Part shown: piece by piece, positions 28,941 through 42,467 of the stretch
Layout: each line of letters begins with the position of its first letter
Position numbering within the stretch: position 1 is the first letter of the stretch
NCBI GenBank assembly: GCA_002269645.1
Contig: NIVC01002182.1
Span: 1 to 60,725 of the forward strand
Direction: 5' to 3'
DNA from: Macrostomum lignano
Taxonomy: Eukaryota
Length of the DNA stretch: 60,725 nt
The notes under the pieces: generated by a model
The model's input: the letters and a program-made list of their open reading frames with translations, nothing else
Told to the model about the DNA's origin: nothing
The model's database searches: none
Program-made: the position numbers and the translations under genes

Positions 28941-29679
28941 CTTGGGATGTTTTCTTTTTGCATTGTGCTTCATTTGGGCAGTTTTTCTGTTGTCTTTGTA
29001 AAGACTCTATTTGGCTGTCTTTTTGTTACTTGTAGAGAACAGAAGTTCTATCCAGATGTCCCCCATCGGGGGGCGAAGATTGCTAGTCCTATATACTAAA
29101 AATGAGTTGTCTGTGGGTAGGTAGGTAGGTAGGTATGCGATAGATTTCAGAAAAAATGGCTCAACCGATTTTCTTCAAACTTGCACCATTCGATCAGAAA
29201 TTTTCCTGGGACGGTACATGCATCTTGGCTAAAAAATTGCTCAATATTAAAGGGATTAAATATTCGAAAAACAGGCTTTTTGCAAAGGTCAAGCGGCTCT
29301 TTCGATCTGAAATGCATTGTAAGAATGCTAGAGAAAAAACTGACTGACTGAATTTCAATTCTGATAAAGATTGCATCACAACAAGTTGAAAACAGTGCCA
29401 AAGAAATGCACACACAACTTGATTGAAATTGCGTAACAATATTGCTAACTTAAATTGACACTGATACTGGCTGACTAAGAAATTGATTATGTCATAACTT
29501 TTTACTCTAACCAACTTGCTGTAAGCATTGAATTATAAGGGCCACAAATCATGTTCGCCAATTGAAAAGAGATAGCATAGATGCGAACAGACTGGACTGC
29601 TAATGCAGCGACCTGGGTTCCAATCTTAGTGCTGCAAAAAGATTTTTTTATTAAAACACCTTGAAAACACGAAACTGCT

Positions 29680-32600
29680 AAACATAAAAAAGCACAATGT
29701 CAAACATAAAAGAGGCACCATGTCAAACATTACATGGGCACCATGTAAAACATATACGTCACTCTATGTCAAACATTAAAGAGCCACCATGTGAAACATA
29801 AAAGAGTCACCATTTCGAAAATTAAAGAGCCACCACGTCGAACATTAAAGACCCACCATGTCAAACGTAAAAGAGCCACCATGAAGAACATTAAAGAGCC
29901 ACCATGCCAAACATAAAAGAGCCACTATGTCGAACATTAAAGAGCTAGCATGTCAAACATTAAAGAGCCACCATGTCGAACAAAAAAGAGCCGCCATGTA
30001 AAACATTAAACAGCCACATTGTCAAACATAAAAGAGCCACCATGTAAGACATTTAAGAGCCACCATGTGAAACATTTAAGAGCCACCATGTCAAACCTAA
30101 AAGAGCCACCATGTCGAACATAACAGAGCTACCATGTCAAACATTAAAAAGCCACCATGTCCAACTTAAACGAGCCATTATGTCGTACATTAAAGAGCCA
30201 CCATGTCAAACATTAAACAGCCACCATGTCAAACACAGAAGAGCCACAATGTCAAACATAGATGAGCCACCATGTCAGATATTAAAAAGCCACCGTATCA
30301 AACATAAAAGAGTTACCATGTAGAACAAAAAAGAGCCACCATGTCGAACATAAAAGAGCCACCATGTCAAACATAAAAGAGCCAACATGTCAAACCTAAA
30401 CGAGCCACCATGTCTAATATTTAAGAGACACCATGTATAAGTGACTTTATGTCAAACATTAAAGAGCCACCATGTCAAGCATAAAAGAGCCACCATGTCA
30501 AACATTAAAGAGCCACCATGTCGAACGTTAAAGAGCCACCATGTCAAGCATAAAAGAGCCACCATGTCAAACATTAAAAAGCCATGTCAAACACTAAAGA
30601 GCCACCATGTCGAAAATAAACGAGCCATTATGTCGTACATTAAAGAGCCACCATGTCAGACATTAAAGAGCCACTATGTCAAACATAAAATAGCCACTAT
30701 GTCAAACATTAAAGAGCCATCATTACATTAAGGTGCCACCAGGTCAAACATTAAAGAGCCACCATGTCAAACATTAAAGAGCCACCATGTCGAACATTAA
30801 AGAGCCATCATGTCAAACATAAAAGAGCCACTATGTCAAACAATAAAGGGACACCATGTCAGACATTAAAAAAAACCCGAATCAAACATAAGAGAGCCAC
30901 CATGTAGAACATTAAAGAGCCACCATGTCAAACATATATGTGACTCCATGTCAAATATATACGTGACTCCATGTCACACATAAAAGAGCCACCATGTAAA
31001 ACATATACACATGACTACATAACAAACATTAAACAGCCATCATGTCGAACATTAAAGAGCCATCATGTCAAAAATTAAAGAGCCACCATGTCAAACATTA
31101 AAGACCCACCATGTCAAACATAAAAGAGCCACCATGAAAAGCATATACGTGACTCCATGCCAAATATATACGTGACTCCATGTCAAACACAGACGTGACT
31201 CCATGTGAAACACTAGAGAGCCACCATGTCAAACATTGAAGAGCCACGATGTCAAACATTTAAGAGCACCATGTTAAACATAAAGGAGCCACCATGTCGA
31301 ACATTAAAGAGCCACCATTTCAAACATTAAAGAGCCATCATTACATTAAGGTGCCACCAGGTCAAACATTAAAGAGCCACCATGTCAAACATTAAAGAGC
31401 CACCATGTCGAACATTAAAGAGCCATCATGTCAAACATAAAAGAGCCACTATGTCAAACAATAAAGGGACACCATGTCAGACATTAAAAAAAACCCGAAT
31501 CAAACATAAGAGAGCCACCATGTAGAACATTAAAGAGCCACCATGTCAAACATAGAAGAGCCACCATGTCAAACATAAAACAGCCACCATGTCAAACATA
31601 AAAGAGCCACCATGTCAAACATAAAAGAGCCATCATGTCAAACATATATGTGACTCCATGTCAAATATATACGTGACTCCATGTCACACATAAAAGAGCC
31701 ACCATGTAAAACATATACACATGACTACATAACAAACATTAAACAGCCATCATGTCGAACAGCCATCAGAGATTCTAAGGAGCCATCATGTCAAAAATTA
31801 AAGAGCCACCATGTCAAACATTAAAGACCCACCATGTCAAACATAAAAGAGCCACCATGAAAAGCATATACGTGACTCCATGCCAAATATATACGTGACT
31901 CCACGTCAAACACAGACGTGACTCCATGTGAAACACTAGAGAGCCACCATGTCAAACATTAAAGAGCCACGATGTCAAACATTTAAGAGCACCATGTTAA
32001 ACATAAAGGAGCCACCATGTCGAACATTAAAGAGCCACCATTTCAAACATTAAAGAGCCATCATTACATTAAGGTGCCACCAGGTCAAACATTAAAGAGC
32101 CACCATGTCAAACATTAAAGAGCCACCATGTCGAACATTAAAGAGCCATCATGTCAAACATAAAAGAGCCACTATGTCAAACAATAAAGGGACACCATGT
32201 CAGACATTAAAAAAAACCCGAATCAAACATAAGAGAGCCACCATGTAGAACATTAAAGAGCCACCATGTCAAACATAGAAGAGCCACCATGTCAAACATA
32301 AAACAGCCACCATGTCAAACATAAAAGAGCCACCATGTCAAACATAAAAGAGCCATCATGTCAAACATAAAGGAGCCACCATGTCAATCAAAAAAGAGCC
32401 ACCATGTCAAACTTAAAACAGCCACCATGTCAAACATAAAGGAGCCACCATGTCAAACATTAAAGAGCCGCAATGTCAAACATTGAAGAGCCATCATGTC
32501 AAACATTGAAGAGCCACCATGTCAAACATTAAAGAGCCACCATGTCGAACATTAAAGAGCCACCATGTCCAACATATATGTGACTCCATGTCAAACATTA

Positions 32601-35190
32601 TAGAGCCAGCATGTCAAACATTAAAGTGCTACCATGTCAAACATAGAAGAGCCACCATGTCGAACAATAACGAGTCACCATGTCAAGTATATTCGTGACT
32701 CCATGTCAAACATAAAAGAGCTACCATGAAGAACATTAAAGAGCCACCACGTAAAACATTAAAGAGCCACCATGTCAAACATAAAAGAGCCATCATGTCA
32801 AACATAAAGGAGCCACCATGTCAATCAAAAAAGAGCCACCATGTCAAACATAAAGGAGCCACCATGTCAAACATTAAAGAGCCGCAATGTCAAACATTAA
32901 AGAGCCATCATGTCGAACAATAAAGAGCCACCATGTCTAACATTAAAGAGCCACCATGTCGAACATTAAAGAGCCACCATGTCTAACATTAAAAAGCCAC
33001 CTTTTTGAACATAAAAGAGCAACCAATGTCGAACATTAAAGAACCACTATGTCCAACATAAAAGAGACATAAACAATAAAGGGACACCATGTCAGACATT
33101 AAAAAAAACCCGAATCAAACATAAGAGAGCCACCATGTAGAACATTAAAGAGCCACCATGTCAAACATAGAAGAGCCACCATGTCAAACATAAAACAGCC
33201 ACCATGTCAAACATAAAAGAGCCACCATGTCAAACATAAAAGAGCCATCATGTCAAACATATATGTGACTCCATGTCAAATATATACGTGACTCCATGTC
33301 ACACATAAAAGAGCCACCATGTAAAACATATACACATGACTACATAACAAACATTAAACAGCCATCATGTCGAACATTAAAGAGCCATCATGTCAAAAAT
33401 TAAAGAGCCACCATGTCAAACATTAAAGACCCACCATGTCAAACATAAAAGAGCCACCATGAAAAGCATATACGTGACTCCATGCCAAATATATACGTGA
33501 CTCCATGTCAAACACAGACGTGACTCCATGTGAAACACTAGAGAGCCACCATGTCAAACATTAAAGAGCCACGATGTCAAACATTTAAGAGCACCATGTT
33601 AAACATAAAGGAGCCACCATGTCGAACATTAAAGAGCCACCATTTCAAACATTAAAGAGCCATCATTACATTAAGGTGCCACCAGGTCAAACATTAAAGA
33701 GCCACCATGTCAAACATTAAAGAGCCACCATGTCGAACATTAAATAGCCATCATGTCAAACATAAAAGAGCCACTATGTCAAACAATAAAGGGACACCAT
33801 GTCAGACATTAAAAAAAACCCGAATCAAACATAAGAGAGCCACCATGTAGAACATTAAAGAGCCACCATGTCAAACATAGAAGAGCCACCATGTCAAACA
33901 TAAAACAGCCACCATGTCAAACATAAAAGAGCCACCATGTCAAACATAAAAGAGCCATCATGTCAAACATAAAGGAGCCACCATGTCAATCAAAAAAGAG
34001 CCACCATGTCAAACTTAAAACAGCCACCATGTCAAACATAAAGGAGCCACCATGTCAAACATTAAAGAGCCGCAATGTCAAACATTGAAGAGCCATCATG
34101 TCAAACATTGAAGAGCCACCATGTCAAACATTAAAGAGCCACCATGTCGAACATTAAAGAGCCACCATGTCCAACATATATGTGACTCCATGTCAAACAT
34201 TATAGAGCCAGCATGTCAAACATTAAAGTGCTACCATGTCAAACATAGAAGAGCCACCATGTCGAACAATAACGAGTCACCATGTCAAGTATATTCGTGA
34301 CTCCATGTCAAACATAAAAGAGCTACCATGAAGAACATTAAAGAGCCACCACGTAAAACATTAAAGAGCCACCATGTCAAACATAAAAGAGCCATCATGT
34401 CAAACATAAAGGAGCCACCATGTCAATCAAAAAAGAGCCACCATGTCAAACATAAAGGAGTCACCATGTCAAACATTAAAGAGCCGCAATGTCAAACATT
34501 AAAGAGCCATCATGTCGAACAATAAAGAGCCACCATGTCTAACATTAAAGAGCCACCATGTCGAACATTAAAGAGCCACCATGTCTAACATTAAAAAGCC
34601 ACCTTTTTGAACATAAAAGAGCAACCAATGTCGAACATTAAAGAACCACTATGTCCAACATAAAAGAGCCACCATGTCAAACATAAAAGAGCCATCATGT
34701 CAAACATTAAAGAGCCACCATTTCGAACATTAAAGAGCCACCATGTCAAACAGTAAAGAGCCACCATGTCAAGCAAAAAAGAGCCACCATGTCCAACATA
34801 AAAGAGCCACCATGTCAAACATTAAAAGAGCCGCAATGTCAAACATTAAAGAGCCATCATGTCTAACATTAAAGAGCCACCATGTCGAACATTAAAGAGC
34901 CACCATGTCTAACATAAAGAGCCACCATTTCAAACATAAAAGAGCCACCATGTCAAAAATTAAAGAGCCATAATGTCAAACAGTAAAACGCCACCATGTC
35001 AAACAATAAAGAGACACCATGTCAGACATTAAAAAAACCCTGAATCAAACATAAGAGAGCCACCATGTAGAACATAAAAGAGCCACCATGTCAAACATTA
35101 AAGAGCCACCATGTCAAACATTAAAAAGCCACCATGTCAAACATTAAAGAGCCACCATGTCAAACATAAAATTTACACAATTTCAAACGT
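29680..35190. repeat. 23-bp satellite in Helitron 2, about 240 units with kb-scale block duplications
   Basis: Same monomers as in copy 1. Marker GGGACACCATGTCAGACATTAAAAAAAACCCGAATC recurs at about 30848, 31466, 32189, 33081 and 33791. Confidence 0.97.
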
Positions 35191-35270
35191 AAAAGTAAGC
35201 GTCATGCCAATTTTAAAGGAGCCACTATAGAGCTAAGGAAATTGTAGCACTAGCTACTTTACTTATTGTA

Positions 35271-35512
35271 TGGTGGATGCTTACTATTTGGGGTGCTTGC
35301 TATCTGGGGGATGCTTGCGATCTGGGGGATGCTTGCGATCTGGGGGATGCTTGCTATCTGGGGGATGCTTACTATCTGGGGTCTGGGGGAATGCTTGCTA
35401 TCTGCGGATGCTTGCTATCTGGGGTTGCTTGCTATCGGGGGGATGCTTGCTACCTGGGGGATGCTTGCTATTTTGGGATCGATGCTTGAATGCTGTCTGA
35501 GGATGCTTGCTG
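35271..35512. repeat. 16/17-bp G-rich satellite in Helitron 2
   Basis: About 15 units of GGGG(A/G)TGCTTGCTATCT. Confidence 0.92.
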
Positions 35513-36232
35513 TCTTGGGATGTTTTGTTTTTAGAGGGAATGTCTGTTGTTGTTTTTTGAAGGCTTTAGTTCGCTGTCTATTTGTTATTTGTAAAGAACA
35601 AGGATTCTAACCAGATGTCCCCCATCGGGGGGCGAAGATTGCTAGTCCTATATACTAAAAATGAGTTGTCTGTATGTGGGTAGGTATGCGATAGATTTCA
35701 GAAAAAATGGCTCAACCGATTTTCTTCAAACTTGCACCATTCGATCAGAAATTTTACTGGGACGGTACATGCATCTTGGCTAAAAAATTGCTCAATGATA
35801 AAGGGATTAAATATTCGAAAAACATGCTTTTTTGCAAAGGTCAAGCAGCTCTTTCGACCTAAAATTCATTGTAAGAATGCTAGAGAAAAAAACTGACTGG
35901 CTGAATTCTGATTGTCATAAAGATTGCATCACAACAAGTTGAAAACAGTGCCGAAGAAATGCACACACGACTTGATTAAAATTGCGTAACCAATATTGCT
36001 AACTTGAACTGAGACTGATACTGGCTGACTGAGAAATTGATTATGTCATAACTTTTTACCCCAATTGACTTGCTGTAAGAATTTAATTATAAGGGCCACA
36101 ATTTATGTACTCCAATTGAAAAGAGATAGCCTAGATACGAACAGACTGGACTGCCAACGTAGCGACCTGGGTTCGAATCTTAGTAGTGCAAAATAATTTT
36201 TTTATAAAACACCTTGAAAACACGAAACTGCT

Positions 36233-37985
36233 AAACATAAAAAAGCACAATGTCAAACATAAAAGAGGCACCATGTCAAACATTACATGGGCACCATGTA
36301 AAACAAATACGTGACTCTATGTCAAACATTAAAGAGCCACCATGTGAAACATTAAAGAGTCACCATTTCGAACATTAAAGAGCCACCACGTCGAACATTA
36401 AAGTGCCACCATGTCAAACGTAAAAGAGCCACCATGAAGAACATTAAAGAGCCACCATGCCAAACATAAAAGAGCCACTATGTCGAACATTAAAGAGCTA
36501 GCATGTCAAACATTAAAGAGCCACCATGTCGAACATTAAAGAGCCACCATTTCGAACATAAAAGAGCCGCCATGTAAAACATTAAAGAGCCACATTGTCA
36601 AACATAAAAGAGCCACCATGTAAGACATTTAAGAGCCATCATGTGAAACATTTAAGAGCCACCATGTCGAACATAAAAGAGCTACCATGTCAAACCTAAA
36701 AGAGCCACCATGTCAAACCTAAAAGAGCCACCATGTCGAACATAAAAGAGCTACCATGTCAAACCTAAAAGAGCCACCATGTCGAACATAAACGAACCTT
36801 TATGTCGTACATTAAAGAGCCACCATGTCAAACATTAAAGAGCCACCATGTCAAACATAAAAGAGCCACAATGTCAAACATAGAAGAGCCACAATGTCAG
36901 ATATTAAAAAGCCACCGTATCAAACATAAAAGAGTTACCATGTAGAACTAAAAAGAGCCACCATGTCAAGCATAAAAGAGCCACCATGTCAAACATTAAA
37001 GAGCCACCATGTCGAACATTAAAGAGCCACCATGTCAAGCATAAAAGAGCCACCATGTCAAACATTAAAGAGCCACCATGTCAAGCATAAAAGAGCCACC
37101 ATGTCAAACATTAAAGAGCCATGTCAAACACTAAAGAGCCAACATGTCGAACATAAAAGAGCCACCATGTCAAACATTAAAGAGCCACCATGTCAGACAT
37201 TAAAGAGCCACCATGTCAAACATTAAAGAGCCACCATATCGAACACTAAAGAGCCACCATGTCAAACATATGTGACTCCATGTCGAATATATACGTGCCT
37301 CCATGTCACACATAAAAGGGCCACCATGTAAAACATATACATATGACTACATAACAAACATTAAACAGCCCACCATGTCGAACATTAAAGAGCCATCATG
37401 TCAAACATAAAAGAGCCACCATGTCAAACATTAAAGAGCCACCATGTCAGACATTAAAGAGCCACTATGTCAAACATAAAAGAGCCACCATGTCAAACAT
37501 TAAAGAGCCACCATATCGAACACTAAAGAGCCACCATGTCAAACATATGTGACTCCATGTCAAATATATACGTGACTCCATGTCACACATAAAAGAGCCA
37601 CCATGTAAAACATATACATATGACTACATAACAAACATTAAACAGCCACCATGTCGAACATTAAAGAGCCATCATGTCAAACATAAAAGAGCCACCATGT
37701 CATACATTAAAGACCCACCATGTCAAACATTAAAGAGCCACCATGTCAAACATTAAAGAGCCACCATGTCAAACATTAAAGAGCCACCATGTTAAACATT
37801 AAAGAGCCACATGTCGAACATAAAAGAGCCACTTTGTCAAACATCTACGAGTCACCATGTCAAGCGTATACATGACTCCATTTCAGACATTAAAGTGCCA
37901 CCATGTCAAACATAAAAGAGCCACCAGCTCAAACATTAAAGAGCCACCATGTCAGACACAAAACAGCTACCATGTCAAACATAAA
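36233..37985. repeat. 23-bp satellite in Helitron 3, about 76 units
   Basis: Read directly from sequence. Confidence 0.97.
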
Positions 37986-39140
37986 TGGGGTGCCTACTAT
38001 CTTGGAGTGCTTGCTATCTGGAGATGCGTGCTATCTGGGGGTGCTTGCTATCTGGGGGGATGCTTGCTATCTTGGGGGTTCTAGCTATCTTGGGGTGCTT
38101 GCTATTAGGTGGATGCTTGCTATCTGGGGTGCCTGCTATCTTGGAGTGCTTGCTATCTGGAGATGTGTGCTATCTGGGGGTGCTTGCTATCTGGGGGTGC
38201 TTGCTATCTTGGGGGTGCTTGCTATCTGGGGGTGCTTGCTATTAGGTGGATGCTTGCTATCTGGGGTGCCTGCTATCTGGGGGTTCTTGCTATCTGGGGG
38301 TGCTTGCTATCTGGGTGTGCTTGCTATTAGGTGGATGCTTGCTATCTGGGGTGCCTGCTATCTGGGGGTGCTTGCTATCTGGAGATGCTTGCTATCTGGG
38401 GGTGCTTGCTATTAGGTGGATGCTTGCTATCTGGGGTGCCTGCTATCTGGGGGTGCTTGCTATCTAGAGATGCTTGCTATCTGGGGGTGCTTGCTATCTG
38501 GGGGTGCTTGCTATCTGGGGGTGCTTGCTATTAGGTGGATGCTTGCTATCTGGGGGTGCTTGCTATTAGGTGGATGCTTGCTATCTGGGGGTGCTTGCTA
38601 TTAGGTGGATGCTTGCTATCTGGGGGTGCTTGCTATTAGGTGGATGCTTGCTATCTGGGGGTGCTTGCTATCTGGAGATGCTTGCTATCTGGGGGTGCTT
38701 GCTATCTGGGGGTGCTTGCTATCTAAGGGTGCTTGCTATTAGGTGGATGCTTGCTATCTTGGGGTGCTTGCTATTAGGTGGATGCTTGCTATCTGGGGTG
38801 CCTGCTATCTGGGGGTGCTTGCTATCTAGAGATGCTTGCTACTTGGGGTGCTTGCTATCTGGGGGTGCTTGCTATCTGGGGGTGCTTGCTATCTGGGGGT
38901 GCTTGCTATCTAAGGGTGCTTGCTATTAGGTGGATGCTTGCTATCTTGGGGTGCTTGCTATTAGGTGGATGCTTGCTATCTGGGGTGCCTGCTATCTGGG
39001 GGTGCTTGCTATCTGGAGATGCTTGCCTTGCTATCCAAGGGTGCTTGCTATCTGGGGATGCTTGCTATCTAAGGGTGCTTGCTATTAGGTGGATGCTTGC
39101 TATCTGGGGGTGCTTGCTATCTGGGGGGTTGCTTGCTGTC
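37986..39140. repeat. Expanded 16/17-bp G-rich satellite in Helitron 3, about 68 units
   Basis: GGGG(G)TGCTTGCTATCT units punctuated by an ATTAGGTGGATGCTTGCT variant. Confidence 0.97.
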
Positions 39141-42112
39141 CTGGGATATTTTTTTGCATTGCACTTCATTTGAGCAGTTTTTCTATTGTCTATGTGAAGG
39201 CTTTATTTGGCCGTCTTTTTGATACTTGTAGAGTGCCAGAGATTCTATCTAGATGCCCCCCATCGGGGGGCGAAGATTGCTAGTATATATTAAAAACGTA
39301 AAAGATGCGCACAGAAGAAAGCACACAGCTTATATTACAGCAGCTGTAGGCGGTCTCCATGCTAAAAGGCTAAAAGATAAATGCTAGACGAATACCTCGA
39401 GATTCGCGGTATCCAATAAACAATCAATTTAAACTGTTCGGTCAAGGGGGTCCTTGAAGAATGGCGGTGCCGTGCGGCTAAAGCACTCAGACTGCTGCAG
39501 TGCGATTCGTGGGGGGGGGGGGGCAGCTGGAGGGATGCAAAACTGCGCAACCATCCCAGCGCAATCAATCCGTGCTGCAAACGGATCCTCCTTCATATCC
39601 CCGCCATCCGCTGTCCCAATGCGCAGAGTGTCAGAGTTGACAAAGCGGGGGCCGCTGCATCCGGCATGCAAGAAATCAGAGCCCGCGGATGGGTTGTCCC
39701 AGTTGCTGGAGGAGGACAGAAAGTGAGGAAAAATGATTTGAAGTGGGTCTAAGCTGCGGGCTAGACCATAAAAAGAGACCATTCAATCTTTCTGCTGTCA
39801 AGAATTTCTGCTACAATTCCGGAGAAAAGCAATGATTTGTCGGTCGGGCAGCCCCATTGAAAGATTCAAATAAATTTTCCTTCATTCTTTATAAACAGCT
39901 ACCTAAATGATTAGTTGACCGTTCCTGCCGCACGCTTGTGAGCATTGTTAAATGCCCATTACCATGCTTGAATGAGTCAACTGCTCAACATGGGAAATTT
40001 CTCACGCATCTGCTGCGGTATTTTGGAAAGCTCAGATCGACTTGTTGGCTAGCAACAGACTCTCATGTTTATGGCCCCGGTTAACGGCTTGAATAATTTT
40101 GTAGATTAACCAACTGGCTTTCAAAACTGCATTATAACTCTCATTTTGCCCCATAATGGAGCAATAATTCTCTCTCTAGGTGCTGACTCTGCAGCGCAAT
40201 GCTACAAATAATAAGTATGCTTGTTATTTTAAAAGAAACGCAAAATACACTTGCAGGGCTTCACAGGACTTGCTTATCTACGCCCGTATCTAAAACTGCC
40301 TGGTAGATCCTCTCCTAAGGCCCTACATGTACCTGCAGCGCTGGTCCCAGATAACGCTACTACACTCGTATAGATAATTCCTCTTCTGCCACTCGCTCTT
40401 TAAATTGCCACTCCGTTTCGACTATAAGATATCGAGTGCAGCTTAGCATAGTACTGTACCGAGTTCAGGAAATACCAGTCTGATATGTCACCGCATGTGG
40501 CCGCCATCGAATTGAGTACGTGGCAACACAGCTCGCGGAAATTCGATACGTAGCAATGGCAACTGAAAAAAACTATAGTCACTTTTGCAGCCCTGATATG
40601 GCTTTTCGAAAACTATCTTTCAAGGAAATCGAAATGCAAAATCTGAGCTGGCGGTAACCTCGTCACCCGACATTAATTGGGGTCTGTGCCCGTTAAGCAA
40701 CTGTTGCTTAGGTTAGTTGCTGTGAAAACTTCTTGCTCGCATGAATGCAGAAGTTGCAGACGCGCAGTTTAACTGTATATTGCACTCTGTTCAGCCGGCT
40801 TAGCAACAAGATTGGCACCGTCACGAGTATTTTCTATTTAGTCCCTTTCTAGACCTCTAGACCCTGAGAAGCCCCCCCCCCACGGCACAGCATGGGGTTG
40901 GGGCGCGCATGCCACGGGAAAAGCTACCAAGGAGAAACTTGTGCTGCAGTCAGTCAGATGGGAGCCCCTGACTAGCTGGCGTCCTCTAGCCAACAAGGCC
41001 TGTTACCGAGGCCCATATAGAGGTAAGTATGGGAGGAACCGCCTGCCCGGAGACAGCAGCGCCCAGTTTGGTACAGTCAGTCTCAATTAACCAAATACCG
41101 GCATCTCCGCACCTTTCAGGCCGGCACCTTCCACAAAAGTTGCTTGTCCCTCGGTACTGTTTTTCTATTCTGCGGTATCTGCCTCTGCCCATCTATTGCA
41201 CGGGAAAACACAGTTCCAGTGCTATAGCTATCCATGTGTCGCGGCAAGCCTGCGCATTATTTGAACGGCATTTGATGCAAAAAAGTTGGGGCCGCCTGTC
41301 CTCCCTTCATCCCAGCGCGGCGTGGGGTCCCCCTGTAGCCAGCGTCTTCTTCTGTGACTGCACGGAGATTTGATAAACCCGCTCGGACAGACCGCCTCTG
41401 ATCGGGGCCGTTGAGGTATTTCTTTAGTTTGGATGATAAACATTTGCAATGACTAACTCAGGCTTGCAATGGGAGCGCATTTATCAATGTTATAGTTATG
41501 AATAGCTTGACAGTATAATAAAATATCCTACAGGAAGGAGAACAGGGCACCGATATTTAGGATTTGTGAGGTATTTTCCTACAGTATAATCATAGACCCG
41601 CCTCACAGTCACAAGCAGAACTGGGACTGGGCAATCCAAAAAGGAGCACCCAGTGCAAAAATCCATGGGAACTGCTGGATCCCCAGCCACCTGTTGTTAG
41701 CATTGCTCAAAGGAGTTAGAGCAGCCGATGGGATGGGTGCTTGGCTTTTTAATATGTTGGCTCCTCTGCCTGGATTTATTCGCGCTGTGTGGACTGAGGG
41801 AAGAAGAGACTTCTGCAGCACAAGCCATGAAGACTTGCCGTTGGGAAAACTGAGCCGACTTGGCCCCCACGCAGTGAGTGGACTCTCCATCATAATGTTT
41901 GCTCATTTTAACCCGGCCCGAGGCAAAACTCAAACATCGCCCGATGAGCTCCAACAAAGCAGGTCTTGCCCCCGAAAGTTGAAGCCGTCAACAGTTACGA
42001 ATACGAGTATTGCTAGCCAAATTGGGTCCTACCTCACAAGTAATTGCGCTCATTGGGAATCAGTAGGTAGGAAAGTTTCATCAAAATCATTTGCAGAATT
42101 CGCAGAACTCGC

Positions 42113-42467
42113 AGACACCAGATTATTGCGACCGGTCAGCCCAGGGACTGTGGCGAGAGACCACAGATTAATGCGACCGGTCAGCCCAGGGACTGTGGCG
42201 AGAGACCCCAGATTATTGTGACCGGTCAGCCCAGGGACTGTAGCGAGAGACCCCAGATTATTGTGACCGGTCAGCCCAGGGACTGTAGCGAGAGACCCCA
42301 GATTATTGTGACCGGTCAGCCCAGGGACTGTAGCGAGAGACCCCAGATTATTGTGACCGGTCAGCCCAGGGACTGTAGCGAGAGACCCCAGATTATTGTG
42401 ACCGGTCAGCCCAGGGACTGTGGCGAGAGACCCCAGATTATTGCGACCGGTCAGCCCAGGGACTGTG
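42113..42467. repeat. 45-bp minisatellite (GATTATTGTGACCGGTCAGCCCAGGGACTGTAGCGAGAGACCCCA), about 7.8 copies
   Basis: Units start at 42121, 42166, ... 42436. Confidence 0.97.

Larger units (their letters stand above)
21984..29086 (+). mobile_element. Non-autonomous Helitron copy 1 (7103 bp)
   Basis: 5' A|TCCTATATACTAAAAATGAGTTGTCTGT with (GGTA)n; 3' hairpin CCCCC-ATC-GGGGG followed by GAAGATTG-CTAG; no TSD; no RepHel ORF. Confidence 0.9.
29087..35645 (+). mobile_element. Non-autonomous Helitron copy 2 (6559 bp)
   Basis: Starts with TCCTATATAC directly after the CTAG of copy 1; ends with the same hairpin and CTAG at 35642-35645. Confidence 0.9.
35646..39283 (+). mobile_element. Non-autonomous Helitron copy 3 (3638 bp)
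   Basis: Starts with TC after the CTAG of copy 2; perfect hairpin GCCCCCC-ATC-GGGGGGC (39255-39271), CTAG at 39280-39283, followed by T, completing the A|T target of the whole block. Confidence 0.9.

Noticed and set aside
22968-39173. Many ORFs such as MSNIKEPPCQTLKSHHVKHKRAT, LLCLTWWLFNV and GACYLGVLAIW repeats
   Set aside because: They are translations of the 23-bp and 16/17-bp satellites. Unit lengths are not multiples of 3, frames rotate and stops appear at random; no RepHel motifs.
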